Assembly (NCBI GenBank): GCA_951406725.2
Contig: OX597818.1
Coordinates: forward strand, 56,730,001-56,794,000
Origin: Octopus vulgaris
Taxonomy: Eukaryota
Length of the DNA: 64,000 nucleotides
Direction of reading: 5' to 3'
Shown: in pieces, positions 13,881 to 26,676 of the stretch
Numbering within the stretch: position 1 is the first letter of the stretch
Layout of the letters: each line of letters starts with the position of its first letter
Notes under the pieces: model-generated
Database searches by the model: none
What the model was told of the DNA's origin: nothing
What the model saw: the letters and a program-made list of their open reading frames with translations, nothing else
Made by a program: the position numbers and the translations under genes

Positions 13881-14679
13881 AGTTCCTTGAGCTGGCAGAA
13901 ACGTTAGCACGCTGGGCTTTATGCTTAGCGGTATTTCGTCTGCTGTTACGTTCTGAGTTCAAATTCTGCCGAGGTCGACTTTGCCTTTCATCCTTTCGGG
14001 GTCGATAAATAAAGTACCAGTTACGCACTGGGGTCGATGTAATCGACTCAATCGCTTTGTCTGTCCTTGTTTGTCCGCTCTGTGTTTAGCCCCTTGTGGG
14101 CAATAAAGAAATATATATACCTATAAAGGATCTTAGATATGAACGGAATTATAATAGAAGATATCCTAGTACTTGATTTGGTGAAGTGTGATTTGAGAAC
14201 GATTTGGCTGCTGTTTCTAGGACGTCGAACACTCACCTACTGAAAGGATTTTGACCGAAGATCTGAATGAGACAAACTTAAATAAGAGTTTAAGAGCAGT
14301 TTGAGTGGTGGTCATGGCTGGAATGCATTTGAGAAAACCGGGTCTAATCAACAACTGTAGCAGCAGCAATGAGATGCTGCCTATGTGGTCATTCGACAAG
14401 CTAGAAATCGAAGCCAAATCCTTCTCGAATCATTAGTGGTTACCATTTTAAAATAAAGGATACGTTGGACTATAATTTCTGATATACAGTTAGAGGAAAT
14501 TATGACGGCTGGAAGATCTTTGGTGAATAGTTCCGTCTGTATTAAGGGCGAACTGGGAGTCAAACCACGACAGAGTTTCAATTCCGTTTGTTGCGGTTGT
14601 GACAGAATCAGCAGGGAAGACATCTTTTGCACGAATTAAGCAAGACACTTGTGCGTGTCTGTCTATTTTGTGTCTTTTG

Positions 14680-15200
14680 TGCATACATACATGTATACAC
14701 ACATACATACATGCATGCATACACGCATGTATACATTTATACATGCACGTATACCTACATGCATACATACACGCACGTTTACATACATGTATACACATAC
14801 ATATACGCACCTATACATACATACATACATGTATACATACATACATGCAAACACTTATACATACATGCATACATACATACATACATACATACATGTATAC
14901 ATGCAAACACTTATACATACATACATACATACATACATACATGCATACATGCAAACACTTATACATACATACATACATGCAAACACTTATACATACATAC
15001 ATACATTCATGCAAACACGTATACATATGCACATACATGCATGCATGCATACATACATAATACATTTATACATACATACATACATACATACATACATACA
15101 TACATACATACATACATACATGCATATATACATACATACATACATGCATGCATACATACATACATACATACATACATACATACATGCATGCTTACTTACA
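14680..15200. repeat. (CATA)n complex microsatellite
   Basis: Direct reading; mirror-type (TATG)n at 57860-58200. Confidence 0.97.
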
Positions 15201-15208
15201 CGCATACG

Positions 15209-15358
15209 GGTGCAGGCATGGTTGTATGGTTAAGAAGCTGTCTTTACAACCACGTGATTTCGGGTGACAGCTTAGGCAAATGTCTCCTACTACTGACCCT
15301 GGCCGACCAATGCCTTGGGCTTGTATTTGGTATATGAAAACTGTGAGGAAGCTTGTAT

Positions 15359-15397
<39 letters not shown>

Positions 15398-15617
15398 CAC
15401 ATATATATATGTGTGTGTGTGTGTGAGTGTGTATTTGTGTGTTTGACCACCGCAACTTAGCGTTTTGGCAAAAGCCACAGATAAATAAATACTAAACTTA
15501 AAATAAGTTATGGAGTAAATTCGTTCGTCTAAAGTTTAGACGAACAAATTTAGACCCTAAACTCTCCAAGGCGGTGCTCCAGCATGGCTGCTGGCCCATG
15601 AGCGAAACAAGCAAAAG
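15209..15617 (+). mobile_element. SINE family A, diverged subfamily
   Basis: ggtgcaggcatggttgtatggttaagaag head to aggcggtgctccagcatggc tail. Confidence 0.8.
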
Positions 15618-15809
15618 ATAGATAAATAGATAGACAGATGGATACAAACATGCATGCATACATATATATATATGTACGTACATACACGCATACATACATG
15701 CACATACATACACACATACATACATACACACATACATACATACATACATACATACATACATACATACATACATACATTTAGACTCGCACATGTACTTGTG
15801 TCTACTTGT

Positions 15810-16012
15810 TTGGCGATGGAGTACAAAGGCGAGTAATTTTGACAGGAGACTCGCGTGCCAAACACGTTTGAAAGTTTTGCTTGTGTCGAGGGCAACAACG
15901 TTGCTTTCACCAAAATTTCTCGAGGGCGAGAGGTTACTGGCGAGTGACACGCGAGAGTAGGTCTCCAACGGATTAGGCATCACGAAAGCCGTATTGGTTG
16001 TCATTAAAGAGA
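15810..16012 (-). pseudogene. Decayed CR1-clade reverse transcriptase fragment (motif A region)
   Basis: NDNQYGFRDA*SVGDLLACVT, frameshift, RNFGESNVVALDTSKTFKRVWHASLLSKL (cf. QYGFR..DISKAFDRVWH..LLSKL). Confidence 0.85.
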
Positions 16013-16083
16013 CACAGAAATTGAAGGTGATTTAATAGAATTGGTTGTCACTAATACATTTGGTAATGTATCGTTTCTGCTAC

Positions 16084-16690
16084 GGCGGCGAGCTGGCAGA
16101 AACGTTAGCACGCCGGACGAAATGTCTAGCGGTATTTCGTCTGCCGCTACGTTCTGAGCTCAAATTTCGCCGAGGTCAACGTTGCCTTTCATCCTTTCGG
16201 GGTCGATAAATTAAGTACCAGTTACGCACTGGACTCAATGTAATCGACTTAATCCGTTTGTCTGTTCTTGTTTGTCCTCTCTGTGTTTAGCCCCTTGTGG
16301 GTAGTAAAGAAATAGGTATTTCGTCTGCCGTTACGTTGTGAGTTCAAATTCCGCCGAGGTCGACTTTGCCTTTCATCCTTTCGGGGTCGATTAAATAAGT
16401 ACCAGTTACGCACTGGGGTCGATATAATCGACTCAATCCGTTTATCTGTCCTTGTTTGTCCCCTTTATGTTTAGCCCCTTGTGGGCAATAAAGAAATAAG
16501 AAACATTAGCACGCTGGGCGAAATGCTTAGCGGTATTTCATCCGCCGCTGCGTTCTGAGTTCAAATTCCGCCGAGGTAGACTTTGCCTTTCATCCTTTCG
16601 ATAAATTAAGTACCAGCTGTGTACTGGGGTCGATCTAATCGACTGGGCCCCTCCCCCAAAATTTCAGGCTTTGTGCCTAGAGTAGAAAAG
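16084..16690 (+). mobile_element. SINE family B trimer
   Basis: Head, two long-tail bodies, then a third unit with the alternative cccctcccccaaaatttcaggc tail. Confidence 0.92.
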
Positions 16691-16809
16691 AAAAGACTGT
16701 GCCGTTTCTGCTGCGACTGTGATCGTCTTGTTAGTGTGACTTTGGCTGTCACAAGCGATGTTACCGCGACAGCAGTTGCTAACGCCGTCGATAGCGATCG
16801 CTAATGTGA

Positions 16810-17127
16810 CTGCTGCTGCTGCTGTTGTGTTGCGAGTGCAGTTGCTAGTATTGTTGTTGTTCTCGTCACTGCAGTTGCTGCTGCTGCTGCTGTTGTTGTT
16901 GTTTCTGCTATTGTTGTCACTGCTACTTTTGTTGTTGTTGTTGTTACCGCTGTTTATTGTCGTTATTGCGACAGCAATTGCGAATGCTGTCTTCATTGTT
17001 GCTAGTGCAGTTTCTAATGCTGTTGCGATAGCAGTTGATAATTTTCGTTGTTGCTGTGATTGTTTTAATGTTACGATCTGCAGTGGCTGCTGTTTCTTCT
17101 TCTTCTTCTTCTTCTTCTTCTTCTTCT
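16810..17127. repeat. (GCT/GTT)n low complexity plus (CTT)n
   Basis: Direct reading. Confidence 0.9.
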
Positions 17128-17491
17128 AATCAGGACTCACGCCATTATGCCACAAAGAATAATCTCCAATTCGAGCCTACTCTAAGCTGCTAAGAATGCG
17201 TGTGGCAACTTGAAGATTCACCCACCACTCGCGATAGACTGGCGGTTGCACGGGCACGAAAGCTACGTTGTTATCCTCATTCCGTAAACGGTGGCTTTTA
17301 ACGGGTGGAGAGCTAACCATTCTGGGGTACAGAGGATTCGCCTATCTAGACTGTTGTTATTGTTAGCACGATTTCATTTGCTTGTGTTGTTGACCCCTGG
17401 TCAACCTTGTTTGAGTAAACCTATGATCAGAAACATTTTTCTATATACGTTTGGCCAAATTTGGAAATACGACTGTTTAACATAATAGCAA

Positions 17492-17685
<194 letters not shown>

Positions 17686-17800
17686 GCGTGTGTGTGTGTG
17701 TGTACGTTTGTGTCTGCCCCCCCCCCAACATCACGATATGCTGGTGTGTTTACGTCCCCGTAACTTAGCGGTTCGGCAAAAGACACCGATAGAATAAGTA

Positions 17801-17833
<33 letters not shown>

Positions 17834-19254
17834 TGTGTGTGACTGAAGCAAGTAAAAGAGTAAAAGATATATATAGGATGGGCTTCTATACAGTTTCCGT
17901 CTACCAAATTAACTCACGTGGTATTGGTCGACCTGGGGATGCAGTAGAAGTTTTACCCAAGGTGCTGCTCAATGGGCCTGAACCCGAAACCACGTGGTTG
18001 GGGAAGCGAGTTTCTTAACCACCCAGCCATGCCTGCGCCGATGAGGAAGATTCGTTTGAGCTTTGCTTCGTATCGTCAAAATGGTTGACACAATACTGGT
18101 TTCTGATTAAATCCGGTGACAAACGCTGAACTACAAAAACCTCACCTATGAGTGGAGGGGTCACCACACACACACACACACACACACTTATAACAATACC
18201 ATAGATTTCTCTCTCCTGAATATAGTCGTAATTTTGTATATCACCACCGTGTTTAATTTGTGTGAATATGTGTGTTTGTGTATGTTCTCCACATGTACGG
18301 CTAAACAGATGTGCTGTATATGTGTATATTCTTTTCTGCTGTAGGCACAAGGCCTGAAATTTTTTGGGAAGGGGTAAGTCGATCGCATCGACCCCAGTAC
18401 TCAACTGGTCCTTAATTTATCGACCTCGAAAGGATGAAAGGCGAAGTCGACCTCGGCGGAATTTGAACCCAGAACGCAGCGGTAGACGAAACACCGCTAA
18501 GCATTTCGCCTGGCGTGCTAACGATTCTGCCAGCTCGCCGCCTTTGCACTATATATGTGTATATATACCACACACATACATATTTCTGCGCATTGTTACA
18601 TACACGATGCGTCCGTTTTCACGTTCTGAGTTCAGATTCCGCCGTGACCGACTTTGCCTTTCATCCCTTCGGAATCGATAAAATAAGTACAAGTTGAATC
18701 CCCTCTTTCGAACTTGGGCTAAAATTTGAAACCGTCATTACATACATTATGGCTGTCCACTTGTGTCCAAGCATGACCATCACAGACTGTTATAAGACTC
18801 ATCATTACTCGACAAAAGTTCTCTAAGCCTGCTTGGGCACTTTACATGTCTTTTTATAGACTTTACAATGAATCCTTTTTAATTTTTGTTGAAAAAAGGT
18901 GATAATTTCTGGGAACAAAAATTACGTAAGTTTAGAAAAATTGAAAACAAATATTATGAAAAGTAAAAAAGACAAATTTTACGAAAATTTGAAAAAGTTT
19001 TGCTGACGAGAAAGATTACCGATTTAAAAAGATCTTTACAGTCAAAGATGTACACATGTTCCACCTCAATATATTCCAATGTGTGTAGCATTGTGTCTTT
19101 AAAGCCGATACTAAGATTGCAAGTTTTTCCTACATCAGCTGCAAGTTACGCAATCCTTATGAACAATACTGTAGACAACTTTTTGCTTGACAGACACATA
19201 CAGCAAAATTATATATATGTATGTGTGTATGTGTATATATATATATATATATAT

Positions 19255-19983
19255 GTAATCGGCTATATTTACATACCGAATTCTACCAGTAAATAATTGG
19301 GGTTTTTTTAAAAGCCTTTATAGAAATTATTTACTCTTATTATTATATTACTATTTGGATTTTTCACTCCCTTATGACAACCTAATTGTTCCCCATCTTA
19401 TGGAACTATTTTTGTAATATATGGCAAAATTTTGGAGGGAAGATTTACGAATTCAAACGTCTATGTAGGTTTAGCTTTTGCTCACTTTCTTCAAATATTT
19501 TGATGTCGCATGGTCAGAAGGTTTGAGGTACGTAGCATTTGATAAATCTATGATAAATCTTTTTCAATGGAAAGCTGTGCTGAAGAAGGATGTGAAATAT
19601 ATATGCAATGTATATGAAATATATATCAAAAATATATATGGAATATATATTCAATATGTTTATAATCCAGAAACATGATGTTCACAGATAACCGCCAGAC
19701 TTCGTATTCGTTATCTATTCCTTCTGTTTTGCATATGTGAATTGCAGGGTTTGTCATGCCCGGAGTCCAACTTTGATAGAAATAAGCATTCTTGACTGCT
19801 ATTTCTATTTTTTCGGTATGCGGTCAAGCAACCTGTTTGCCTGTCCCTTTTTCTTATATACAATATATATACTGAACTTTACAGAAGTTCCTGCCGGTAA
19901 TCGGCTATATTTACATACCGAATTCTACCAGTAAATAATTGGTTTTTTTTTAAAAGCCTTTATAGAAATTATTTACTCTTATT
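19255..19983 (+). mobile_element. Hammerhead-bearing element in (TA)n with 87-bp direct terminal repeats (Penelope-like/retrozyme-like)
   Basis: gtaatcggctatatttacataccgaattc..ttactcttatt at 19255-19341 and 19897-19983 (period 642); TA repeats on both flanks; internal hammerhead. Confidence 0.75.
19575..19687 (+). ncRNA. Type I hammerhead ribozyme
   Basis: Stem I CTGTG/CACAG; CTGAAGA 19580-19586; stem II GGAT/ATCC closing an AU-rich insert; GAAA 19670-19673; stem III ACAT-G-ATGT; GUU triplet, predicted cut after 19682. Confidence 0.8.
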
Positions 19984-19984
<1 letters not shown>

Positions 19985-20035
<51 letters not shown>

Positions 20036-20350
20036 TTATGTATATATGTATGTGTATATATATATGTGTATATATGTGTATATATATATGTATATATATG
20101 TGTATATATATATATATGTATATGTGTATATATATGTATATATATATGTATATATACATGTATATATATGTATATATATGTATATATATATGTATATATG
20201 TATGTATATATATGTATATATATGTATGTATATATATGTATATATATGTATGCATATATATGTATATATATGTATGTATATATATATGTATATATATATG
20301 TATATATATGTATGTCCATGTATGTATGTATATATATATATATATGCATA
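19985..20350. repeat. (TA)n/(TATATATG)n compound microsatellite
   Basis: Direct reading. Confidence 0.97.
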
Positions 20351-20548
20351 TATTGGCCTGCTCGCTTAGCCAGCGGGGTGGCGTCATTTGAAGGCTAAAA
20401 CAATGCAAAGCGCATTGTGACCAGCGATGTGTAGCAACATCTAATGGTCTGGTCGGTCACGTGATATGTATATATGTGTATATATATATATGTATATATA
20501 TGTATATATATATGTATATATATATGTATATATATGTGTATGTGTATG

Positions 20549-20800
20549 TGGAGGCTTGGTGGTTAGGGTGTCAGCATCATGATCGTAAGATTGTGGTTTC
20601 GATTCCTGGTCCGGGCGACGGGTTGTGTTCTTGAGCAAAACACTTCATTTCACGTTGCTCCAGTCCACTCAGCTGGCAAAAATGAGTAACGCTGCAATGG
20701 ACTGGCGTCCCATCCAGCTGGGGAACACATACGCCATAGAGTCCGGGAAACTGGGCCCATGAGCCTGGCTAGGCTTTAAAAAAAAAGGGCCCATTTATTA
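20549..20800 (+). mobile_element. SINE family C full length
   Basis: Matches the reverse complement of 7924-8172. Further copies at 54940-55192 (-) and 43690-43870 (-, decayed). Confidence 0.9.
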
Positions 20801-21452
20801 AATATATATATATATATATATGATTCGCTATTGTCAGCATTAAATCGTATTCGAGTGGTAGATCTGTAGCCAATAATTGAGCTCTTCATTTTCATGCGTA
20901 CAAAGGGTGTCAGGTATCATTGGATACGCAATACAAAATTCAGTACATACACACATAATTCATGTTATACAGCTATACATGCTAACAGATACGTAATATA
21001 GACAAGTACCCCTATTTATCGATACCTCAGTGTGTATGTCTGTGTGTATGTCTGTGTGTATGTCTGTGTGTGTGTGTGTGTGACTGCAATTAATAAATTC
21101 GCTTTATCCGTTGTTGCATACGATGGTGGTTATAAGGGTGGTGGTGGTGCTGTTTGCGATTATAATTGTGATGGTGATTATTATAACGATAATGAAGATA
21201 ATAGAAGATGGTGTTGATAATAATGATGATGTTAGTGTTGCTGCTGCTGCTGCTGCTGATGGTTGAGATCGTGATGGTTTTGGTGGCGGTGATGTTGTCT
21301 ATCTTCGTAGTCGAAAAATTCTTTATTCGTCTTACTTTCAGTTTTTATGTATTATCTACTTTTCACGTGTGATATCTGCGTATCTACGCACTAATGCTGA
21401 TACGGACTCACATATGCACAAATACAAGCACACACAGAGTTGTATACACACA

Positions 21453-21508
<56 letters not shown>

Positions 21509-21757
21509 CGTCCGTCCGTCCGTCCGTCCATCCATCTATCTATCTATCTACCTACCTACCTACCTATCTACCTACCTATCTACCTACCTACCTACCTACC
21601 TACCTACCTACCTACCTACCTACCTACCTATATATATATATATATATGAGTGTATATACATATATGCGAATATATCTGTGTATATGAGTGTGTGTATAAT
21701 TTTATTTGGGTCGAGTCAGTCAATCTTTTGCTATTCCGAGTTTCACCTGCAGTTCAG

Positions 21758-21790
21758 GTGTGCAGGGTCTTCTTCAAACAAGATGCTAAC
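21758..21790 (+). CDS. Candidate 33-nt exon (CAGSSSNKMLT)
   Basis: Acceptor tttcacctgcagttcAG, donor AAC|GTAAGT. Confidence 0.3.
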
Positions 21791-22038
21791 GTAAGTATTT
21801 CTGTATAAGTAACCGAAATTTTGCCAGCCCTTTTCCTCACAACTTATTAGAAGTCTCTATGTGCATTACCTTGTTATTTGTTTTGCGGTGGGTGGTTAGT
21901 ATCTTGTAGTATTATCGAGGTTGGCGTCAGGTGCTCCGCATCCGCTGCTCCTGCTCTTTCCGTCACTTGCCTTGCTCTCCTCACGGCCGCGTTTGCATCT
22001 CGCGGGGAGATGTCGAACATTTTTGTTGGGTTTTTCAG

Positions 22039-22118
22039 TGTACGTAGCACTTCCAGATTGTGGTTTAACGAATTGATGGTTACTACTCTGCGTTGTAGTA
22101 TTGCAGATACCTGGACTG
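22039..22118 (+). CDS. Candidate 80-nt exon (VRSTSRLWFNELMVTTLRCSIADTWT)
   Basis: Acceptor gggtttttcAG, donor CTG|GTACGT; open and phase-compatible with 21758-21790. Confidence 0.25.
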
Positions 22119-22146
22119 GTACGTTAAAAAGAAACGCATTTCAGAT

Positions 22147-22518
22147 CATCATCATCATCATTGTTCGACCGTGGTCGAGACAATAGAATTTACTATGTTA
22201 CGCCAGACCTCACGGTCCATCATATCATTACGGAGGTCCTGTTGCTGGATGCCTGTATCCTTGGAGATTACATCAGGGTAGGAGAGTGTGCGCCCTCTGG
22301 TATCGCGAGCAGATAGCTTCCAGAGGAGAAGAGTAGAAATTACCTCGTTTTCAGCTCTACAACAATGTCCAGCAAACTGGACTCTTCTACCTTTCACAAG
22401 AGATGATACAGGTGGTAATTTTCCATATATTTGCATTTTGGTTGGATGGCGCTTCCACGAGAGATTTTGATCTCTCATAAGGAGGCGAGTGTAAGTTCCA
22501 TCCAACCGCCTCTCAAGC
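22147..22518 (-). mobile_element. 5'-truncated RTE-clade LINE with (TGA)n tail and 7-bp TSD
   Basis: Uninterrupted LERRLDGTYTRLL..RRVQFAGHCCR..DREVWRNIV C-terminus; TSD ttcagat at 22140-22146 and 22519-22525. Confidence 0.9.
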
Positions 22519-22775
22519 TTCAGATACCTTTTAAAAGTCTTAGAGGAAATTGATTACATCTCATGAGTTTTCGGCGAGAAAGTCTACTGTTTCAGAACTT
22601 TAAATTTCAAATTGTTACCCTTATAGGTTTCTGATTGAAGACTTTGACGGGGTTACTAGTGGGATCTGAGCGTACTACATATTCCTCGTGTTCTCTTTCC
22701 TTTTGAATACCAAAAACTTCAGAATTAGATTTTCTAGAAGCTTCCACACACACATATGATAGTGTTTCATCCAAA

Positions 22776-23222
22776 GGCGGCGAGCTGGCAGAAACGTTAG
22801 CACGCCGGGCGAAATGCTTAGCGGTATTTCGTCTGCGTTACGTTGTGAGTTCAAATTCCGCCGAGGTCGACTTTGCCTTTCATCCTTTCGGGGTCGATAA
22901 ATTAAGTACCAGTTACGCACTGGGGTCGATGTAATCGACTTAATACCTATGTCTGTCCTTGTTTGTCCCCATCTATGTTTAGCCCCCTGTGGGCAATAAA
23001 GAAATAAGAAACGTTAAAACACCAGGCGAAGTGCTTAGCGGTATTTCGTCTGCCGTTACGTTCTGAGTTCAAATTCCGCCGAGGTCGACTTTGCCTTTCG
23101 TCCTTTCGGGGGTCGATAAATTAAGTACCAGTTACGCACTAGGGGTCGATGTAATCGACTTAATTTGTTTGTCTGTCCTTGTTTGTCCCCATCTATGTTT
23201 ACCCCTTGTGGGTAATAAAGAA
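22776..23222 (+). mobile_element. SINE family B dimer
   Basis: Junction aaagaaata|agaaacgtta. Confidence 0.92.
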
Positions 23223-23508
23223 GCAGATAGTGTTTCATCCACACGGTCCTTCTAAAGAGTAGAGATATGATGTGCAAATGCATTTCCAGTAGTTAAGGTC
23301 GCCGGTTTTGACTTATGGTGGATTGGAAGAATCGCTAAAGTATCGAGCAAAGTGTCTTGCAGTATTCCATCTGGTTCTTTGCGTTCTTAGTTCAAGTTCT
23401 GCTAATGCTAACGTTGCCTTTCATCATTTCGGGGTCGATATGGTATCGACTAACTATCCCATTCCAAAAAAAAAAAAAAAAGAAAAAAAGCCTGGGCTTG
23501 TGTTTACA

Positions 23509-23905
23509 TCTCTCTCTATATATAAAGCTGAAGTTGTGTGTGTATGGCAAGTTTTGTAGCCTTCAACTAACACTATCTCCTCCGAGACCTTGCGGCGCAA
23601 TTTGACCAAAATTGAGAGTATGATAGAAGAAGGCTTGCTCTCCCTTCCGTAGAAGAAAAAATTCAAATCGGACCATGTTAACACCAAAAATTATTCACAT
23701 CAAAAAGGTCCTTTTTTTCTATGAAAATCCCTATTTTTTAACGATTTTTTGACTGCTGTGTCACCATTATTTGGTGTATTTCAACCAGAAAAATGTTCAC
23801 TTAAAGAGAATAACAAGCTACACATAATGCAAAAGTTTTACTTTTCCAAAATTCCAATTCTAAAGGGTCGAAACAAACCCGAGAAATGCCGGGCGATACT
23901 GCTAG
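23509..23905 (+). mobile_element. Non-autonomous Helitron
   Basis: A|TC 5' end, subterminal hairpin cccg..cggg, CTAG|T 3' end, no TSD. Confidence 0.88.
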
Positions 23906-24690
23906 TTCGAAAATATTAAATCCAGCACACGTGTAGAATCGTTATAGCGTTGGGAAAATGTCTAATAGAATTTCTTCCGACTCTTTACGTTCTCAATTCA
24001 AATGGCGAAGAGATCAACTTTGCTTTTGTCTTTCACGGTCGATGAAATAAATATTAATTGGGCTCTGATGTCTATTAACTTCTTTTTTCTAATATTCCTG
24101 ACCAAATTCCAAAATTGAGACCGTCATTATTTTTAGAGCGAGGTGAAAGCTTACCTGCAATCTTTCTACTTGATACGTAAAACTGGGCTGTCAGGAGACC
24201 GAAGATGTGATTGGAACTTCAACCTACTCAAAATAAGGAATTCCCAGTTTCAATAACACTGCCCAGTCTCTCATAGTAAATGGTCCGGCACTCACTCTTT
24301 GAGATTTCAGGATGTTATTGAATTTGTGAATATCTTTTGGGAAACATGTTATCCTTAAATTAATTTAACAATTAAGAAAAAAAAAACAAACAAAAACGAA
24401 AGGCTAAAATTTAGGGTTAGGGTTAGTGACAGGATGTTGTCTCAGTTTTAGACGCAGCAAATGATTTTAGCTCAATAGAGGCCATTGATTGGTTAAAATT
24501 CGAAACATTAAACTACGTTAAACTTACAAATTACAATCTTCTCAAGAAAGCCAAGAGAAAAAAATGTTTTATTTTGACACATTCTACCAGTATACGAAGT
24601 TTAAAAGTGTTTAGTTAACTAGAAATTGTGTAGAAAACTGCCGTTCAAAAGGAAAAGATCTAGATTCTTTATATGAGTTCGTGTTGAAGC

Positions 24691-24969
24691 ATATTCTGTT
24701 GTGTCTGGAGAGAGTCATTTTCTTTTTGTGCCTTATAATGTAACACACTCACCAGTAAAATTTCCACTTATTTCTTATTTTTATTTTCCTAAAATTTTCG
24801 TTGCGTCTTGCAACCTTTTCAATAGTCTTCACTCTGTCAAGATATGTAAATGAAAAGGTTGCAAAACGCAACGAAAAGTTTAGGAAAATAAGAAATAAGT
24901 GGAAATTTTGCCGGTGAGTGTGTTAGATTGTAAGGCACAAACAGAAAATGACTCTCCCCAGACACAACA

Positions 24970-24975
<6 letters not shown>
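24691..24975. repeat. Foldback element with ~130-bp arms and hammerhead-like motifs
   Basis: 24691-24821 is the reverse complement of 24851-24975; abuts (TA)n. Confidence 0.9.
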
Positions 24976-25033
<58 letters not shown>

Positions 25034-25036
25034 TTT

Positions 25037-25400
25037 TCTTTTACTTGTTTCAGTAATTTGACTGCGGCCATGCTGGAGCAAATCGACCCCGGGACTTATT
25101 CTTTGTAAGCCCAGTACTTATTCTATCGGTCTCTCTCTTGCCTAACCACTAAGTGACCGGGACGTAAACACACCAGCATCGGTGTCAAGCAATGCTAGGG
25201 GGACAAACACACACACATACATGTATATATATATATATACATATATACGACAGGCTTCTTTCAGTTTCCGTCTACCAAATCCACTCACGAGGCATTGGTC
25301 GGCCCGGGGCTTTAGCAGAAGACACTTGCCCAAGATGCCACGCAGTGGGACTGAACCTGGAACCATGTGGTTGGTTAGCAAGCTACTTACCACACAGCCA
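25037..25400 (-). mobile_element. SINE family A
   Basis: Same consensus as 9612-10004. Other minus copies: 27205-27572, 32628-33005, 38008-38411, 42375-42765, 61245-61620. Confidence 0.92.
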
Positions 25401-25877
25401 ATTAATAAATAAAACATATACATATATACTTACATATATGTACGTACCTACCTCTACATGTATATATACATGCATATATGGGTACAGGACACCAAAAAAA
25501 CGTCGAACACAATGAGAAATGAAAATATAAACACAAAACCAAGGAAATGGACATTTTTCTTAAACAACGAAAAAATAGAGTACAGGACATATATATATAT
25601 ATACACTAGAGAAACAGGAAACGTTTGAGACACAGACATACCGATACATATACGTTTTCTTGTACGGGGCCACATAAACGTAATAATATTTACAGACGAC
25701 AAGCACTCGTACATGACCAAACGTATAAATACACGCTCACACAAATCAGTACCACATATCCGTTGTACAATGTAAGTCCAATGTGCATTACCATTAACGA
25801 CAGTAAACTTATTTTCTGTCACTGCGATTCAACCATACTTTCATACATTCAACAAATCACATCAGCTACATTTATAA

Positions 25878-26274
25878 CTAAGCAGTATCGCCCGGCGTTG
25901 CTCGGGTTTGTTTCGACCCTTTAGAATTGGAATTTTGGAAAAGTAAAAATTTTGCATTATGTAGCTTGTTTATTCTCTTTGAGTGAACATTTTTCTGGTT
26001 GAAATACACCGAAAAATGGCGACACAGCAGTCAAAAAATCGTAAAAAAATAGGGATTTTCATAGATAAAAAAGCACCTTTTTTATGTAAATAATTTTTGG
26101 TGTTAACATGGTCCGATTTGAATTTTTTCTTCTACAGAGAGAAGAGCAAGCCTTCTTCTATCATACTCTCAATTTTGGTCAACTTGTGCCCAGGGTCTCG
26201 GAGGAGATAGTGTTAGTTGAAAGCTACCAAACCTGCCATACACACACACAGACAACTTCAGCTTTATATATATA
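25878..26274 (-). mobile_element. Non-autonomous Helitron, same family as 23509-23905
   Basis: Full-length reverse-complement match including the cccgagcaacgccggg hairpin; 3' end reads CTTAG|T. Confidence 0.88.
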
Positions 26275-26477
26275 CATACACACACACACACACACACACA
26301 GAGTTTTTCTGTGTTAGACAGTGATACAATAAAAGTATACACAGACACGTGTTGTATAAATAGAAGGTAGAAATTTCACCCGTTTCCATTATACTTTCGT
26401 TGGTATCCATTTCCTCAATCGTCGGATTATTAAGTCACCGACTAACGATGTTAGGTGGCTGAGTATCCATACAGTCG

Positions 26478-26676
26478 CAGTGGCGTGTGGTGGTTGTTTG
26501 TACAGGGTGTGCTGCCACACCCAATGCCACCAAATTTCAAGCAGGGATGTAACAAGAATTTTCAATTAAGATTTGTCATCAAATTAATGAGTAAGATTAA
26601 TATTTATAATGAATTTGCCATTTTCGATGGGGTGTGCACCGCACACTCGGAATATAAGCCCCTGCCATACACACTG
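26478..26676. mobile_element. Possible hAT-like MITE
   Basis: cagtggcgtgtgg / ccatacacactg imperfect TIRs; no TSD seen. Confidence 0.35.

Noticed and set aside
24155-24348. Minus-strand exon ending CAG|GTAAGC (similar case at 27603-27633)
   Set aside because: Stops in the frames checked or no partner exons; good splice signals occur by chance in 64 kb.
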